Positions 1 to 10,372 are shown, numbered from the stretch's first letter. The stretch is 64,000 nt of DNA from Candidatus Bathyarchaeia archaeon (GCA_050010515.1 JBEKKX010000006.1:1-64000), one strand, 5' to 3'. Numbers and translations: made by a program. Notes: generated from the letters alone by a model not told the origin.

Positions 1-28
1 TATTCCAAAGGAAAAATCAGGTGAATTC

Positions 29-412
29 ATGCCGTTAATAACGCTTAAAACAATAGGAGCATTCATCTTTTGGGGAAAGATAATCGCCAAAAGTAGGCAT
101 GAAGACCTAATAAAAATGGTTACAGACGCAAATGATAAAGAAAAACTGAAAGAAATTACGAAGGACATAACTGATGCAAGACCATTAGTTGAGGAAAATA
201 AGGGCTTCATTTTAGAAATATCAAAAAAACTAGGCATTTTGAAACCTTATACCGAAAAAGATTTGATAGGTGACCCAGTGATATTAAAAGCTGCTAAAGA
301 AACCATTGACAGCGACAAAATATACGATGGCACAGAAGCGTATAAAGGCTATATGCCTTTATCAGATGACGAATTAAGATTAGTAAACGAATACATCTTG
401 GCACATAGCTAA
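29..412 (+). CDS. hypothetical protein
   Basis: 127-aa ORF with AGGTGA SD-like motif upstream; AT-rich; no family recognised. Confidence 0.55.
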   Translation: MPLITLKTIGAFIFWGKIIAKSRHEDLIKMVTDANDKEKLKEITKDITDARPLVEENKGFILEISKKLGILKPYTEKDLIGDPVILKAAKETIDSDKIYDGTEAYKGYMPLSDDELRLVNEYILAHS

Positions 413-478
413 GTTTTCATGGATGATAAGTCTTAAATCTGCATAGCATAGAAATAGACCAAACAAGGGAAAACAAAA

Positions 479-811
479 ATGAAGAAAATTCAAATCAATG
501 GGGCAACTAAGTTTTTGGTTCTTGTTATTAGTGTGGTAGACCTCATTGTGGGGGGTCTATCGGCTTTACAAAGTGGTTCTATCATTTCATATACTGCTTT
601 ATTTATATTTTTTCTAATAGTTTTGGCTTTAGCTTTTTCTTCTGAAACGTTCGAAGATAGTGAGAGCGAACGTAGATTAGTCAACCTTGAAAATGAGAGT
701 TCTGAATGTGCTAAAAGATTAAACAAGCTTGAGGGTGATGTTCTTATTCTGAACCAAAAGTGCGACGAATTGTTAAAACAAATTCAAAAGCAAGAAAAAA
801 CTTTAAGTTAG
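479..811 (+). CDS. hypothetical membrane protein (2 TM helices plus C-terminal coiled coil)
   Basis: Two hydrophobic stretches followed by a heptad-like charged tail. Confidence 0.6.
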   Translation: MKKIQINGATKFLVLVISVVDLIVGGLSALQSGSIISYTALFIFFLIVLALAFSSETFEDSESERRLVNLENESSECAKRLNKLEGDVLILNQKCDELLKQIQKQEKTLS

Positions 812-909
812 CTGTTTTTATGTTTAAACTAAAAAATGCTTTTTAGCTAGAGCAACCTAATTGATTTAGAAATCGAGTAAGCATCAATCTTAGTATTAAT
901 GGGGATGTA

Positions 910-1524
910 ATTATAGAACCTCTGTACGCCGACTTACATATTCACACTGTTTATTCTTCTGACTCCCTTATTCAGCCGAAAACTTTGGTTGACCAGCTTG
1001 TAGCTCATAGTTTCATAAAGGTTGCAGCCGTAACCGACCATGACAGTGTAAGAGGCTGCAAGGCTACGGTTGAGTTGGCTTCGGCTTATCCTGACATTTT
1101 GATTATTCCAGGCGTTGAAATTAGCACGCTGTATGGCGACATGTTGATTTTGGGCACTGAGGAGTTGCCGCCAAGACCTTGGACGCCCGAAGCTGTGGTT
1201 GATTACGCCAAAAGCACAGGCGGAGTCTCTATTGTAGCGCATCCTTATCGTGAGTATGGCATGGGCGATTTAGCGAGAAACTACAAAGTTGACGCCATAG
1301 AAGTCCTAAACGGCGGGTCCACATCAGTAGCGAATAACCAAGCCAAAGAGCTTGCTAAAAGTATGGGTTTGCCTGGGACAGCTGGCAGCGATGCCCATAA
1401 ATTGTCAGAGTTGTTTAGTGTCTGCTCAAAGATTGATGCTTCTTTAGATGTTGACTCTGTTTTGAGGGCGATTAAGAAGGGTTCTGTATCAGCGCAGGCG
1501 GCGAGAGGGTCAATACATATTTAA
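910..1524 (+). CDS. PHP-domain metal-dependent phosphoesterase
   Basis: Motifs DLHIHT (in frame at 931, upstream of the ORF-track start 985), TDHD, PGVEI, AHP, GSDAH. Start uncertain (ATT 910 or ATA 913). Confidence 0.85.
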   Translation: MIEPLYADLHIHTVYSSDSLIQPKTLVDQLVAHSFIKVAAVTDHDSVRGCKATVELASAYPDILIIPGVEISTLYGDMLILGTEELPPRPWTPEAVVDYAKSTGGVSIVAHPYREYGMGDLARNYKVDAIEVLNGGSTSVANNQAKELAKSMGLPGTAGSDAHKLSELFSVCSKIDASLDVDSVLRAIKKGSVSAQAARGSIHI

Positions 1525-1566
1525 AACAGCATTTCATTTTTAACCGTTAACTGTTAACAACAAGGA

Positions 1567-2832
1567 TTGGTTTGCTTGCAAGTTGGATTTTTGGGCGGCG
1601 CCAGAGAAGTTGGCAGAATTGGTATAACTGTTAAGTCTGAGAAAAGTAAGGTTGTGTTAGATTACGGCGTCATGCTTGATCATGAACCGGGTTTTCCAAT
1701 GCATGTTCCGCCGAAAGAAGTTGAAGCGATAATTTTAACTCACAGTCATCTTGACCATTCAGGCGCCATACCAATGTTTTATATTAACGATAAGAAGCCG
1801 CTGTACGCGAACAGGCTTAATTTGGAGTTAACGCAGATTCTTATTCAGGATTTTATTCATTTGTCTGGTTATTATTTACCTTTTGAGTATCTTGAGCTTG
1901 ATGCTATGATGCATAACAATAGGCATTTAGATTTCGGTGTTGAAGAAGCCATCGGTGACATGAAGTTTAAACTGTTCGATGCTGGTCATACGCCTGGAAG
2001 CGCTCAGGTGCTCATTGAGGCGGATGGCAAGAAGATTCTTTACACTGGCGACTACAACATGGAAGACAGTAAATTGTTAAAGGGTGCATCGATGGATTAT
2101 GGAGATTTAGATGCAGTTGTCACTGAGAGCACCTATGCAAGTGAGGATCATACACCGCGACCCGAGCTTGAGAGAAGTTTTGTTGAGGCGGCGACTGAGG
2201 TGGTTGAGCGAGGTGGAACCGTTCTGGTGCCAGCGTTCGGTGTGGGACGTGCCCAGGAAATTGCTTGTGTTTTAGCAGCGAATCATTTTGAGTACCCTGT
2301 TGTTTTGGATGGGATGGCTCGGGAAGCTAGCAGAATAATAATGAACTACAAAGAGTTCCTTAGGGATCCGAGGCTTTTTATGAATGCTATACACTCGCTT
2401 GATTGGGTTGATGGCTGGCGAGACCGACGGAGAGCATCGAGGGATCCGGGCGTGATTATTTCGCCTGCGGGCATGTTGAAGGGTGGTCCATCACAGTTTT
2501 ATGTTTCTAAAATAGGTAAAAAGGCTGGTAACGCTATTTTCTTGGTTAGTTATCAGATTCCAGGAACACCTGGCAAACAGTTATTGGATAAGGGTATCAC
2601 TATGATTGATGGAAAAGTAAGTAAGGTTAAGGCGCAGTATCGGCATTTTGATTTCTCTTCCCATTGCGGTGCAAGTCAGCTCAAAGAAGGGCTGCGGCGG
2701 CTTGGAGGTAAACCTAAAGTTTTCGTTGTTCACGGCGCCGAGGGTAACTGTGAACTTTTGGCGAATTGGGCGAAAACTGAGTTGGGGTTGGATGCTGTGG
2801 CGCCGAGGACTGGAGAAACCTACGAGATATAG
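1567..2832 (+). CDS. MBL-fold/beta-CASP ribonuclease (aCPSF2-like)
   Basis: GGAREVGR, THSHLDH, AGHTPGS, YTGD, ESTY, FSSH, VHG motifs. Confidence 0.9.
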   Translation: MVCLQVGFLGGAREVGRIGITVKSEKSKVVLDYGVMLDHEPGFPMHVPPKEVEAIILTHSHLDHSGAIPMFYINDKKPLYANRLNLELTQILIQDFIHLSGYYLPFEYLELDAMMHNNRHLDFGVEEAIGDMKFKLFDAGHTPGSAQVLIEADGKKILYTGDYNMEDSKLLKGASMDYGDLDAVVTESTYASEDHTPRPELERSFVEAATEVVERGGTVLVPAFGVGRAQEIACVLAANHFEYPVVLDGMAREASRIIMNYKEFLRDPRLFMNAIHSLDWVDGWRDRRRASRDPGVIISPAGMLKGGPSQFYVSKIGKKAGNAIFLVSYQIPGTPGKQLLDKGITMIDGKVSKVKAQYRHFDFSSHCGASQLKEGLRRLGGKPKVFVVHGAEGNCELLANWAKTELGLDAVAPRTGETYEI

Positions 2833-2842
2833 GCTGTTTGTT

Positions 2843-3394
2843 ATGAAGATTGGTATTTTGGCTGTTGGGGAAATAGCCTCTGATGTGCTGGTTGGGCTTC
2901 AGCAGGGTTTAGTTAAAACTTTTCCTGATACCGCTTGCACAATTATTAAGAAAGTTTTGCCTGTTCCTAAGCTGGCTTTTGATAAGAAACGTAACCAGTA
3001 CAGTTCCAGCGTGATTCTTAATGAAGTCAGGGCTTACGCGTCTAAAAGCGAAAGGTTTCATGGGGTTTTAGGGGTGGTTGATGTTGACATTTTTGTGCCT
3101 GAATTGAACTATGTGTTTGGTGAAGCGTACACTCCTGGAAGGGCTGCTTTGATTTCGTTGTGGAGGCTTAAGCCAAAGTTTTACGGTGAAAGTGCTGGCT
3201 CGGCTGTTTTTGTGTTGCGGGCTTTGAAGGAGTCTATTCATGAGTTGGGGCACACGTTGGGTTTGCCGCATTGCCCGAGAAGCTTGTGTGTTATGCATTT
3301 TTCTAATTCTATTTTTGATACGGATAAAAAGCAAAGCTTATTGTGTGACCAATGTTATTTGGAAGCGGCGTTAGCTATTAACAATTTAGGGTAA
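2843..3394 (+). CDS. archaemetzincin (zinc metalloprotease)
   Basis: HELGHTLGLPHC-x4-CVM zinc motif and C-terminal CxxC. Start moved to ATG 2843, just after the upstream stop. Confidence 0.9.
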   Translation: MKIGILAVGEIASDVLVGLQQGLVKTFPDTACTIIKKVLPVPKLAFDKKRNQYSSSVILNEVRAYASKSERFHGVLGVVDVDIFVPELNYVFGEAYTPGRAALISLWRLKPKFYGESAGSAVFVLRALKESIHELGHTLGLPHCPRSLCVMHFSNSIFDTDKKQSLLCDQCYLEAALAINNLG

Positions 3395-3400
3395 ACAACT

Positions 3401-4297
3401 GTGGCTGAGCAAGATAAGCTGGACAAGTTCAGGTTTCAAATTGTTTATTTGGCTCCGATACTGGTGAGCCTTGTTTTCGGTTTAGGCTGCGCTTACTTGC
3501 TGATGCCACAGCCGCAGTCGACGGCTATTCCGGTTACGCCTATTCCTAACAACACTCCCGCCGCACCAGTTGGCAATGCTCTCTACTTTGTCGTTATTGT
3601 CGCGATTAGTGCAGCGGTGTTTTATCTTTTGATTAAGCGGCGAAGCAAAAGAATCATTAAAGGACTAATCGTTGTTGCCATGACTGCTGCGTCTTTGTTG
3701 TTGTCGCTGGTTTACTTGAACGCAATTTTGAACGCAATTTCGGCCTATTTTCCAAGCTTGGACACCCTATCCGTACTCATACTCCTATCGGTAGTCATTA
3801 CGGTACTGTTTGACCTTGCGATTTTCCGTTTAGGCAGCATACCTCGAAACGCAGCTGTAGTCGGTATTGGCGGTGCATTGGGTATCTTCTTCGGTTTCTC
3901 AATTCCATTATGGAGTGCAGTGTTGATTTTGGCGTTTTTGGCAGCGTATGATGTGTTTGCGGTTTATCGTGGTCCAGTGGGTAAAATTGCTCAGTCCTCA
4001 GGGGGAATGGATCAGCTTCAGGGTTTGAGCTTCTCGTTTAAGGATATTCAGATGGGGCTTGGCGACTTAGTTTTCTACTCTATGCTGACTGGAGCGATGT
4101 TCTTCAGTTTCTTACCCAGCAGTCATATTATAAATATTCTACCATGTCTAATGTCAATAGTTGGCATTATGGCCGGTTCAATCATAACGTTTTATATGCT
4201 TGAGAAAAAAGGAATCTTTCCAGGCTTGCCTTTCCCAATCATGCTAGGGTTAGCAGGCGGATTAATCACTGGTCTGGTAATCCTTCCGCTTCTTTAA
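3401..4297 (+). CDS. presenilin-family intramembrane aspartyl protease
   Basis: Multi-TM; YD (AAYDVFAV), GxGD (GLGDLVF) and PAL-like (PGLP) motifs. Confidence 0.88.
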   Translation: MAEQDKLDKFRFQIVYLAPILVSLVFGLGCAYLLMPQPQSTAIPVTPIPNNTPAAPVGNALYFVVIVAISAAVFYLLIKRRSKRIIKGLIVVAMTAASLLLSLVYLNAILNAISAYFPSLDTLSVLILLSVVITVLFDLAIFRLGSIPRNAAVVGIGGALGIFFGFSIPLWSAVLILAFLAAYDVFAVYRGPVGKIAQSSGGMDQLQGLSFSFKDIQMGLGDLVFYSMLTGAMFFSFLPSSHIINILPCLMSIVGIMAGSIITFYMLEKKGIFPGLPFPIMLGLAGGLITGLVILPLL

Positions 4298-4625
4298 TTA
4301 GTAAATGTGTTTAGGCAAAATACCTGATTAAAATTGACTTCTCCCAGATTTTCTGTAAGCTTTTTCAAGCTCTTTTTATTATATAAGGCTTAAATCGACT
4401 TTAGGCTGCCGCGTAATGGTCAAAAAAAGGCAAATGATTGTTAAGGTTGGTCAAAGAATGTATAACGTTTGGAATGAAACATGGCATGTTTATTGTGTCG
4501 TAAACGAGGAAATTAATGGTTGAATTGTTCAAAGGCGAAAGAGGACGCGAGTCAGTATTCAAAGCATTAGCCTGATAGACTCGAATGGCTACTTGATATT
4601 TGGCTGTGTACGGCATTTTTTGGCA

Positions 4626-6137
4626 TTATCGTTCTGTGGTGAAGTTCAAAGCCGCAAAACGGGCAGAACTTCTTGTTGATGGCAAGCCGGGCTGCTGTAG
4701 CTGAGTTCCTCTGCGCTTTGCAACGATAACTGCGGCTATCGCGATGATTATTGCCACAACAACAACCGCTATAATTATGAGTTGATAAACAGATAGAAAG
4801 TTTGCAAGACCATTTAAAGCATTGGGCGTTGATTGTGTCCACCACTGGTTTATGGAAGCAGAGTTGAAGGCAGACACGTCAGACTGCAGGTCTTGTTCGC
4901 TGAACCCGCTTTGCCCTGCCGGCGGAAGTGTCAACATCTGATTCGTGTCTACAGTTATTGTGTTGTTTGTGATTGGATCAATGAAATAGACCGGGCCGTC
5001 AATGACCTGAACCGTCGTCACCCCGTCGGAGACGTTTACAACATACTTCGTATTTTCGCCCGCGATCACTCCTTGAGGTACTTGGACTAAATGCGAGTTA
5101 CGCTCGTTGATGTATGCGGTTCCATAATGTATCAAAAATACTCCGCCCTCAACGACTAACGCGACTGCCGCAGCAGTTCCAACTAATTCTCCAAATAACG
5201 CTACCGCAAGTGTTGCTTCTAACGGCATTGATATTAGCATATCTTTAGCATCTTGTCCCCAGATTGGAGGCAGAGCAGCATCCGATGGAACCACAAAATA
5301 GGCGATTTGATTATCCGGCGCAGGTTCCGATGTAAGACCTACCCAACCGGCAGCAGTATTTCCGTCCAAATACACGGTCCCATCCTGATAAGGGTAGGTG
5401 AAGCTGACAATCGAGTTGGTGCCAGTTAGAACTGTGTTTCCAGAGCCCATTTGGCCTGAAGAAAGCGGCACATTCACGCTTGTATTTGTAAACCATGACG
5501 GGCCTTTGACTAGTGCAACGCTGCCTAAAAATCGGTCGAACGTCGGCTGCGTTGGCGTGGGCGAAGACGTTGATGGAGCTGACGTTGAGGTTGGTACGCC
5601 GCTTTCTAGTACCCCATACCACGTGCCCGATCCTGAGACGGTTCCAAGGGGAGAAGTAGTGGTTAAGGTGTATGTTCCGCTGACGTATGTAGCGTAGGGA
5701 AAATTGCCATTAGCTGTGCCTTCGGCCGTTCCAAGGCTCTGATAGCCTCCGCCTGAACCACCGAAGTTGACAAAAGTCCATGTGTCGCCCGGACTGCTAT
5801 GAGCTATATTTCCCCCGATGTTGAAGCGAAAAGCCTGAGCACCGCTAGAGTCTAGAAGCCACCAGCCGGCGCTGTCGGCGGTTTCGCTGAATGTGCCGCT
5901 GTTAGTGAACGGCTGCACTATTACGGTTGTGGTCTGGCCGGCGTCGTTCGTCAGGTTCCAAACTTGGGCGCTCGTCGCCATGCTGTTTGAAGTTTCAGTG
6001 CTAAGCTGAGCATACAGCGGCGTTATCTGTGCCGCAAACAGTAATAGAACGCATAGGACTGGAATGATAACCTTGAACGGATTGGCGGCTTTAGTGGTGA
6101 ACCTAAAGAGTACGTCGGTAACTTTTCTTTTTTGCAT
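4626..6137 (-). CDS. secreted, membrane-anchored protein with FecR-like domain
   Basis: Signal-like N-terminus, S/T/P linker, FecR-like segments (GNTVLTGTNS..DGTVYLDGNT; VPQG..TTVQVIDGPV), C-terminal TM. Likely start ATG 6137. Confidence 0.7.
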   Translation of the reverse strand: MQKRKVTDVLFRFTTKAANPFKVIIPVLCVLLLFAAQITPLYAQLSTETSNSMATSAQVWNLTNDAGQTTTVIVQPFTNSGTFSETADSAGWWLLDSSGAQAFRFNIGGNIAHSSPGDTWTFVNFGGSGGGYQSLGTAEGTANGNFPYATYVSGTYTLTTTSPLGTVSGSGTWYGVLESGVPTSTSAPSTSSPTPTQPTFDRFLGSVALVKGPSWFTNTSVNVPLSSGQMGSGNTVLTGTNSIVSFTYPYQDGTVYLDGNTAAGWVGLTSEPAPDNQIAYFVVPSDAALPPIWGQDAKDMLISMPLEATLAVALFGELVGTAAAVALVVEGGVFLIHYGTAYINERNSHLVQVPQGVIAGENTKYVVNVSDGVTTVQVIDGPVYFIDPITNNTITVDTNQMLTLPPAGQSGFSEQDLQSDVSAFNSASINQWWTQSTPNALNGLANFLSVYQLIIIAVVVVAIIIAIAAVIVAKRRGTQLQQPGLPSTRSSARFAALNFTTER

Positions 6138-6332
6138 GTGTACCCTTATCCTACAAGCACTTGGGAATCTGAAGGGTCGATATAAAATGATTTGAATATA
6201 AAATTTATGAAGCTTAAAAACAGAATATACAAACAAGACTGAAAAGCTATTCAAAGGTAAACTCAAATTATAGAAAGTCTAGAGTCGGGGATTGCAAAAT
6301 TCAAAAGTAATTCTAATTTGGCGTTAATGATT

Positions 6333-7673
6333 TCATTTTGGAAAACGTAACTTTTGATCGGGGCTATCGCGTCTTTTTCTAAACTTTAAAACTGTAATAG
6401 CAACCGCAACAGCAACCAGAATGCTTGTTGCAATCACATAAAGGTAAACCGTATTCGCATAAAACGGCGAGGAAGTGTGTTGTTGAGGCTGAGGCGATGT
6501 CGTGGGTATAAGTCTTGTGTCGTTCCAGTAAATGATGCTTTTGTATCCTGCAGATTCGAGCGTTTGCGACGGGTAAACTATGTCTAGATTATTACCGTTC
6601 ATTTGCAGGAGTGTGGAGACGCTCATGCCGATGTCAATAGTAAGTGAATCTGCGTTCCATAGTCCCCAGATTTTGTCTTTTGGTCCGCGAAAACCGTAAC
6701 CATAAGCTGCAGGGAGAACATACGCTGTTCTGTCGCTTACTGGACTGATTGTTCTAGGGTTAGCTTGAACATACTGCCAGAACTGCTTCATAGCGTCGAG
6801 CTGTCCTTGCTGTAGAACGTTTTGAGTCCAGTTTTGGTTGCTGTCAAACACGATGATGTATTTTGCGTCATTTTCATATGCCAGTAGCATATCGTTGTAA
6901 AGTGCTGGACCTGACTCGATTTGCAGATTGTACGTCAAAGTTATCATGACCCCCCAATCCTTGTTGAAAGCGGTGGCTGCCCCTCTGCAAAGAGCCACAT
7001 TCAGTTGCCGGCTATCATTCGCCCAGCCAGTTTGCCAGCCAAATTCTGCAAAAACCGTATTATACCCTGCTTCATAATCGTACCAGTAAAGCGCATAGTC
7101 TGAGGTGAACAATTGATATTCTGTTGGGTAAGCAAAATTCTTGGTAATTGCGTATGCTCCGCTGCGTATCCACCAATTAAGGGTACTAACATACTTGTTC
7201 GCCGCGTCACTATAGTTTTCTGCCGCTGCGTTACCATAGTTTCCTGCCGCTTTGACAATCGGGTAATTGGTCTGGTCAAGTTGCTTTCCACCTTCTTCGT
7301 CACCATAATAAATTCCAAGAAAACTGTTGCCCCAATTGTTCTTGGCAGCTTCAAGCCATTGACTTGAGGGATAATTAGGTTCATCGGAGTAAACTATGAA
7401 GGTCATGCCCTTGTCATAGACGTACTGGCTGATGATAGTAAGTCTTGTTAGATTATAGTTTCCAGTGCATCCAATTACAAAGAAATTCGTGTAAGAACTA
7501 ACATTATCGATTAATTGTTCAGTTGTAGCGATGCTTTCGAAGGCGACATCGACGCCAAAGTAAAGGCTTGGCGGAGTCTGCGTGGTGGTCGCTTTGGCTG
7601 TCAAGGTAGGGTTTAGGAAAAGTGGTAAAATCAGTAACAGAATAAGCAGAACTGTCAGTTGCTTAAATTTCAT
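6333..7673 (-). CDS. secreted, C-terminally anchored hypothetical protein (possible glycoside hydrolase-like barrel)
   Basis: Signal peptide, Y/W/N-rich body, YGDEEGG motif, C-terminal TM plus basic tail. Function is inference. Confidence 0.75.
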   Translation of the reverse strand: MKFKQLTVLLILLLILPLFLNPTLTAKATTTQTPPSLYFGVDVAFESIATTEQLIDNVSSYTNFFVIGCTGNYNLTRLTIISQYVYDKGMTFIVYSDEPNYPSSQWLEAAKNNWGNSFLGIYYGDEEGGKQLDQTNYPIVKAAGNYGNAAAENYSDAANKYVSTLNWWIRSGAYAITKNFAYPTEYQLFTSDYALYWYDYEAGYNTVFAEFGWQTGWANDSRQLNVALCRGAATAFNKDWGVMITLTYNLQIESGPALYNDMLLAYENDAKYIIVFDSNQNWTQNVLQQGQLDAMKQFWQYVQANPRTISPVSDRTAYVLPAAYGYGFRGPKDKIWGLWNADSLTIDIGMSVSTLLQMNGNNLDIVYPSQTLESAGYKSIIYWNDTRLIPTTSPQPQQHTSSPFYANTVYLYVIATSILVAVAVAITVLKFRKRRDSPDQKLRFPK

Positions 7674-7776
7674 TTGCTCTAGAATGAAAATTCTATGAAC
7701 TAATAAGACTTTTCCAAAATCAGCAAATAATAAACAAAACGGGATTAAAGCTGAATTCTATTGGTTCTTTTAGTGC

Positions 7777-8394
7777 CTACTTATCTGGGCATTTGTCTTT
7801 GAGAGGGCATTCTGAGCTTCGGCGTTTCTTGCAGTACTCAAGGTTTAATCGAACAAGTTGGGATTCGTAGCGTTCCACGTCTTCTGGGCTTAGACCGATC
7901 TTTTGTGCCGTAGCAACTGCTATTGGCGAAGGCTTCGGTTTTGCTTTTCCCCAGATTCCGCGCAGTTCCCTTAGGAATATGTTTACGCCTACAGGGCCAA
8001 CCCCTTTGAACTCTTGTAAGCGCCTCTCCAAGTCTTCTGGACCGTTTGATTCGGCATGGAGTCGTTCGAGGTCGCCGTACTTTTCTTTAAGCGTTTTTGC
8101 GATTCCCAGAAGGTTTGTGGCTGTTGAAAAGTCATATCTAGTGTAACCGCCAGAATCAAGAACTTCCACGAGGCGGTCCCATCCGGCTTCTAATATGGCA
8201 TCAGGGCTTGTCAGCTCCTCTTGTTCAAAATAAAGGTAAGTCTCCTTGGCGGTTTGGGCTGAGATTCTTTTGGCAAAAAGAACCGAAGCCAAGAACCATT
8301 TGAACCTATCCTCAGATTTAGATAAGTCAAGGCCAAGCTCATGTGAGTAACTTTGCAGCTTAGATAATGCTTCCTTCACGGTCATGAAAAGCAA
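7777..8394 (-). CDS. HhH-GPD superfamily DNA glycosylase-like protein
   Basis: LQEFKGVGP helix-hairpin-helix motif; C-terminal Cys cluster remnant. Confidence 0.8.
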   Translation of the reverse strand: MLFMTVKEALSKLQSYSHELGLDLSKSEDRFKWFLASVLFAKRISAQTAKETYLYFEQEELTSPDAILEAGWDRLVEVLDSGGYTRYDFSTATNLLGIAKTLKEKYGDLERLHAESNGPEDLERRLQEFKGVGPVGVNIFLRELRGIWGKAKPKPSPIAVATAQKIGLSPEDVERYESQLVRLNLEYCKKRRSSECPLKDKCPDK

Positions 8395-8769
8395 GCCAGT
8401 TTATAATATGATTAAGTCAGATAAAAGTGTTGGATGAGAGCAAATTTTCAGGATGCTTTCGGAGTCTTCAGCGTATAGACGGGATAAAAGGGGGCGGGTC
8501 AATTTTACCCTTAAATTTCATTAGTTAAATTGAAGGGGGAGGGGAGGTACTTTTTAGCTAGTGAAAATAGCTCTAAAAATCAGCTTCAGGTAGGGTAGAC
8601 CCATTTTTGTCCCGAATTCCTCAATCAAAAATGAAGGTATTTCGTCAGCCAGCTTCCTTTACAACCCCTTTTTTATCTGCTTATGGATGCAAAATCCGGT
8701 TTATCAGGGGAAATTGAAAAAGCTTTTTAGTAAATCACGTAACAAATATCTAGTCTCAATTTAAGGAGA

Positions 8770-9048
8770 ATGAAAATCGTGAGTTGGGACAGTAAATTTT
8801 TCAAACAAAAGAATGTTTTTGGAACACAAACAGAACCGAGTGAAAGAACCACTAATGGAGAAAACAAGTTTATACGTTGTTCAGGTTGCAATCAACAGAT
8901 TGGCACTGTGTCAACCACGCTTTATGAAATCGATGAAAAGCATTATTGTTCAGAATGCTATTTTCGAACGATAGTTAATCAGGCTGTAGAAAGAGACCAT
9001 GTTGACATAAAACGTGAAAAAGAAGCGCTAAAACAACGATCAACATAA
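8770..9048 (+). CDS. small zinc-finger protein
   Basis: CSGC...CSEC; AGGAG SD upstream. Confidence 0.7.
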   Translation: MKIVSWDSKFFKQKNVFGTQTEPSERTTNGENKFIRCSGCNQQIGTVSTTLYEIDEKHYCSECYFRTIVNQAVERDHVDIKREKEALKQRST

Positions 9049-9229
9049 TTGGCAAAATAGAGCGTTGGCTACTTATCTTATTTTGCAAGGCTTTCATTAA
9101 CCCTGAAGAGACACCTACTTTACTGAGTATGAGTGCTCACCCACGCATCATTTTTGGGGCTGTTCTGGTACGGGCTACATCGCCAATCCAGCACCGTTCA
9201 AATTGAAAAAAATTGAGAAAAACGCTATT

Positions 9230-10372
9230 TTATGTTGTTGGTGGTGGAGGCCTTGCTCCAAGAACAACAGTTACGTGTATCTGTGAGGTTCCTCTAATAA
9301 CAGTTATGAGCAGATTGTCGCTTGGCAGAGTATTTTCTTCTAAGTAGCTTGCTAAATCATCGCCGTTGGTGATTTTTTGGTTGTTGAAGGCAATTATAAT
9401 GTCGTTGACTTTTAATTTGCCATCTGAGGGTCCTCCGCTCACTATTGACGCAATTCTACAGCCATAAGTAACGCTGGCGCCGGTCTGCTGGGCTAAACTA
9501 TAACTCATGTCCTCTTCTTCGATTCCTAAGTAAGAGTGCCCATTGTATGAGCCGGTTGTTATCAAATCATTTATTTCTTTTAGTATGGTGTCTGATGGAA
9601 TAGCAAAGCCTAATCCTTGTGAATTAGAAACTATTGCTGTTGTAATACCTACTACGTTTCCAACTGCATTCAGCAGGGGCCCTCCTGAATTTCCAGGGTT
9701 TATAGGTGTGCTTGCTTGGATGATGTTAGCTATTGAGTAGTTTCCAGCTATGTCTGGTTCTGTTATTGTTCTTCCTAGTGCGCTTACAACGCCTGTTGTT
9801 AAGGAACCTACCAGTCCATAGGGATTTCCAATAGCGATGACTGATTCGCCCACAGCTAATGTGGATGAACTTGCGATATCAAGCGGTTTAAACTCTGATG
9901 CAGGTGCATTAACGGAAAGAACTGCTAAGTCAGAGTACGGGTCTGTTCCTAGAACTGTGGCTGAGTAGCCGTTTCCATCTGAGAAGGTGACGCTTAAGTC
10001 TGTGGTGCCTTGAACAACATGGTAATTAGTTAATACAACGGTTCTGCCTGAAACGATGTAGACGAAACCGGACCCTTCCTGGATACCGCCGCTGATGTCG
10101 CCTTCTATTAAAACGATTGAGCTACGTACGTCTTCATATAAAGCGGTTAGTGACGTGCCATTCTGCAGAATGGTGATATTTTGGTAAGTGGCGTTTTGGA
10201 AGCCTTTGAGGTCAGAAACTTGACTTTCTAAACCCGTAACTTGACTGTTTAGGCTATTCACTTGACTGTAGGTGATGTAAAAACTCGCTAATGCTCCAAC
10301 TAGTAACCCTGCCGCAAACAGGAGTATTAGAAGGCTAGCTAAAACTTTACTAGAACGCTTGGACGTCATCAT
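9230..10372 (-). CDS. HtrA/DegP-like membrane-anchored serine protease with PDZ domain
   Basis: TNYHVV, DLAVL, GNSGGPL catalytic triad motifs; N-terminal TM; C-terminal PDZ. Confidence 0.92.
   Translation of the reverse strand: MMTSKRSSKVLASLLILLFAAGLLVGALASFYITYSQVNSLNSQVTGLESQVSDLKGFQNATYQNITILQNGTSLTALYEDVRSSIVLIEGDISGGIQEGSGFVYIVSGRTVVLTNYHVVQGTTDLSVTFSDGNGYSATVLGTDPYSDLAVLSVNAPASEFKPLDIASSSTLAVGESVIAIGNPYGLVGSLTTGVVSALGRTITEPDIAGNYSIANIIQASTPINPGNSGGPLLNAVGNVVGITTAIVSNSQGLGFAIPSDTILKEINDLITTGSYNGHSYLGIEEEDMSYSLAQQTGASVTYGCRIASIVSGGPSDGKLKVNDIIIAFNNQKITNGDDLASYLEENTLPSDNLLITVIRGTSQIHVTVVLGARPPPPTT

Noticed and set aside
2648-2842. N-terminal extension of the archaemetzincin ORF
   Set aside because: Overlaps the beta-CASP gene; the family-like sequence begins at ATG 2843.
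4401-4616. 71-aa minus-strand ORF
   Set aside because: No motifs; likely decayed sequence downstream of the FecR-like gene.
8480-8610. G-rich tracts (GGGGGAGGGGAGG; also near 13028) as origin boxes or G-quadruplex
   Set aside because: No ORB consensus, no cdc6 nearby, and too few regular G-runs.
9085-9200. Possible small RNA between convergent genes
   Set aside because: Only short stems and no clear C/D or H/ACA boxes.
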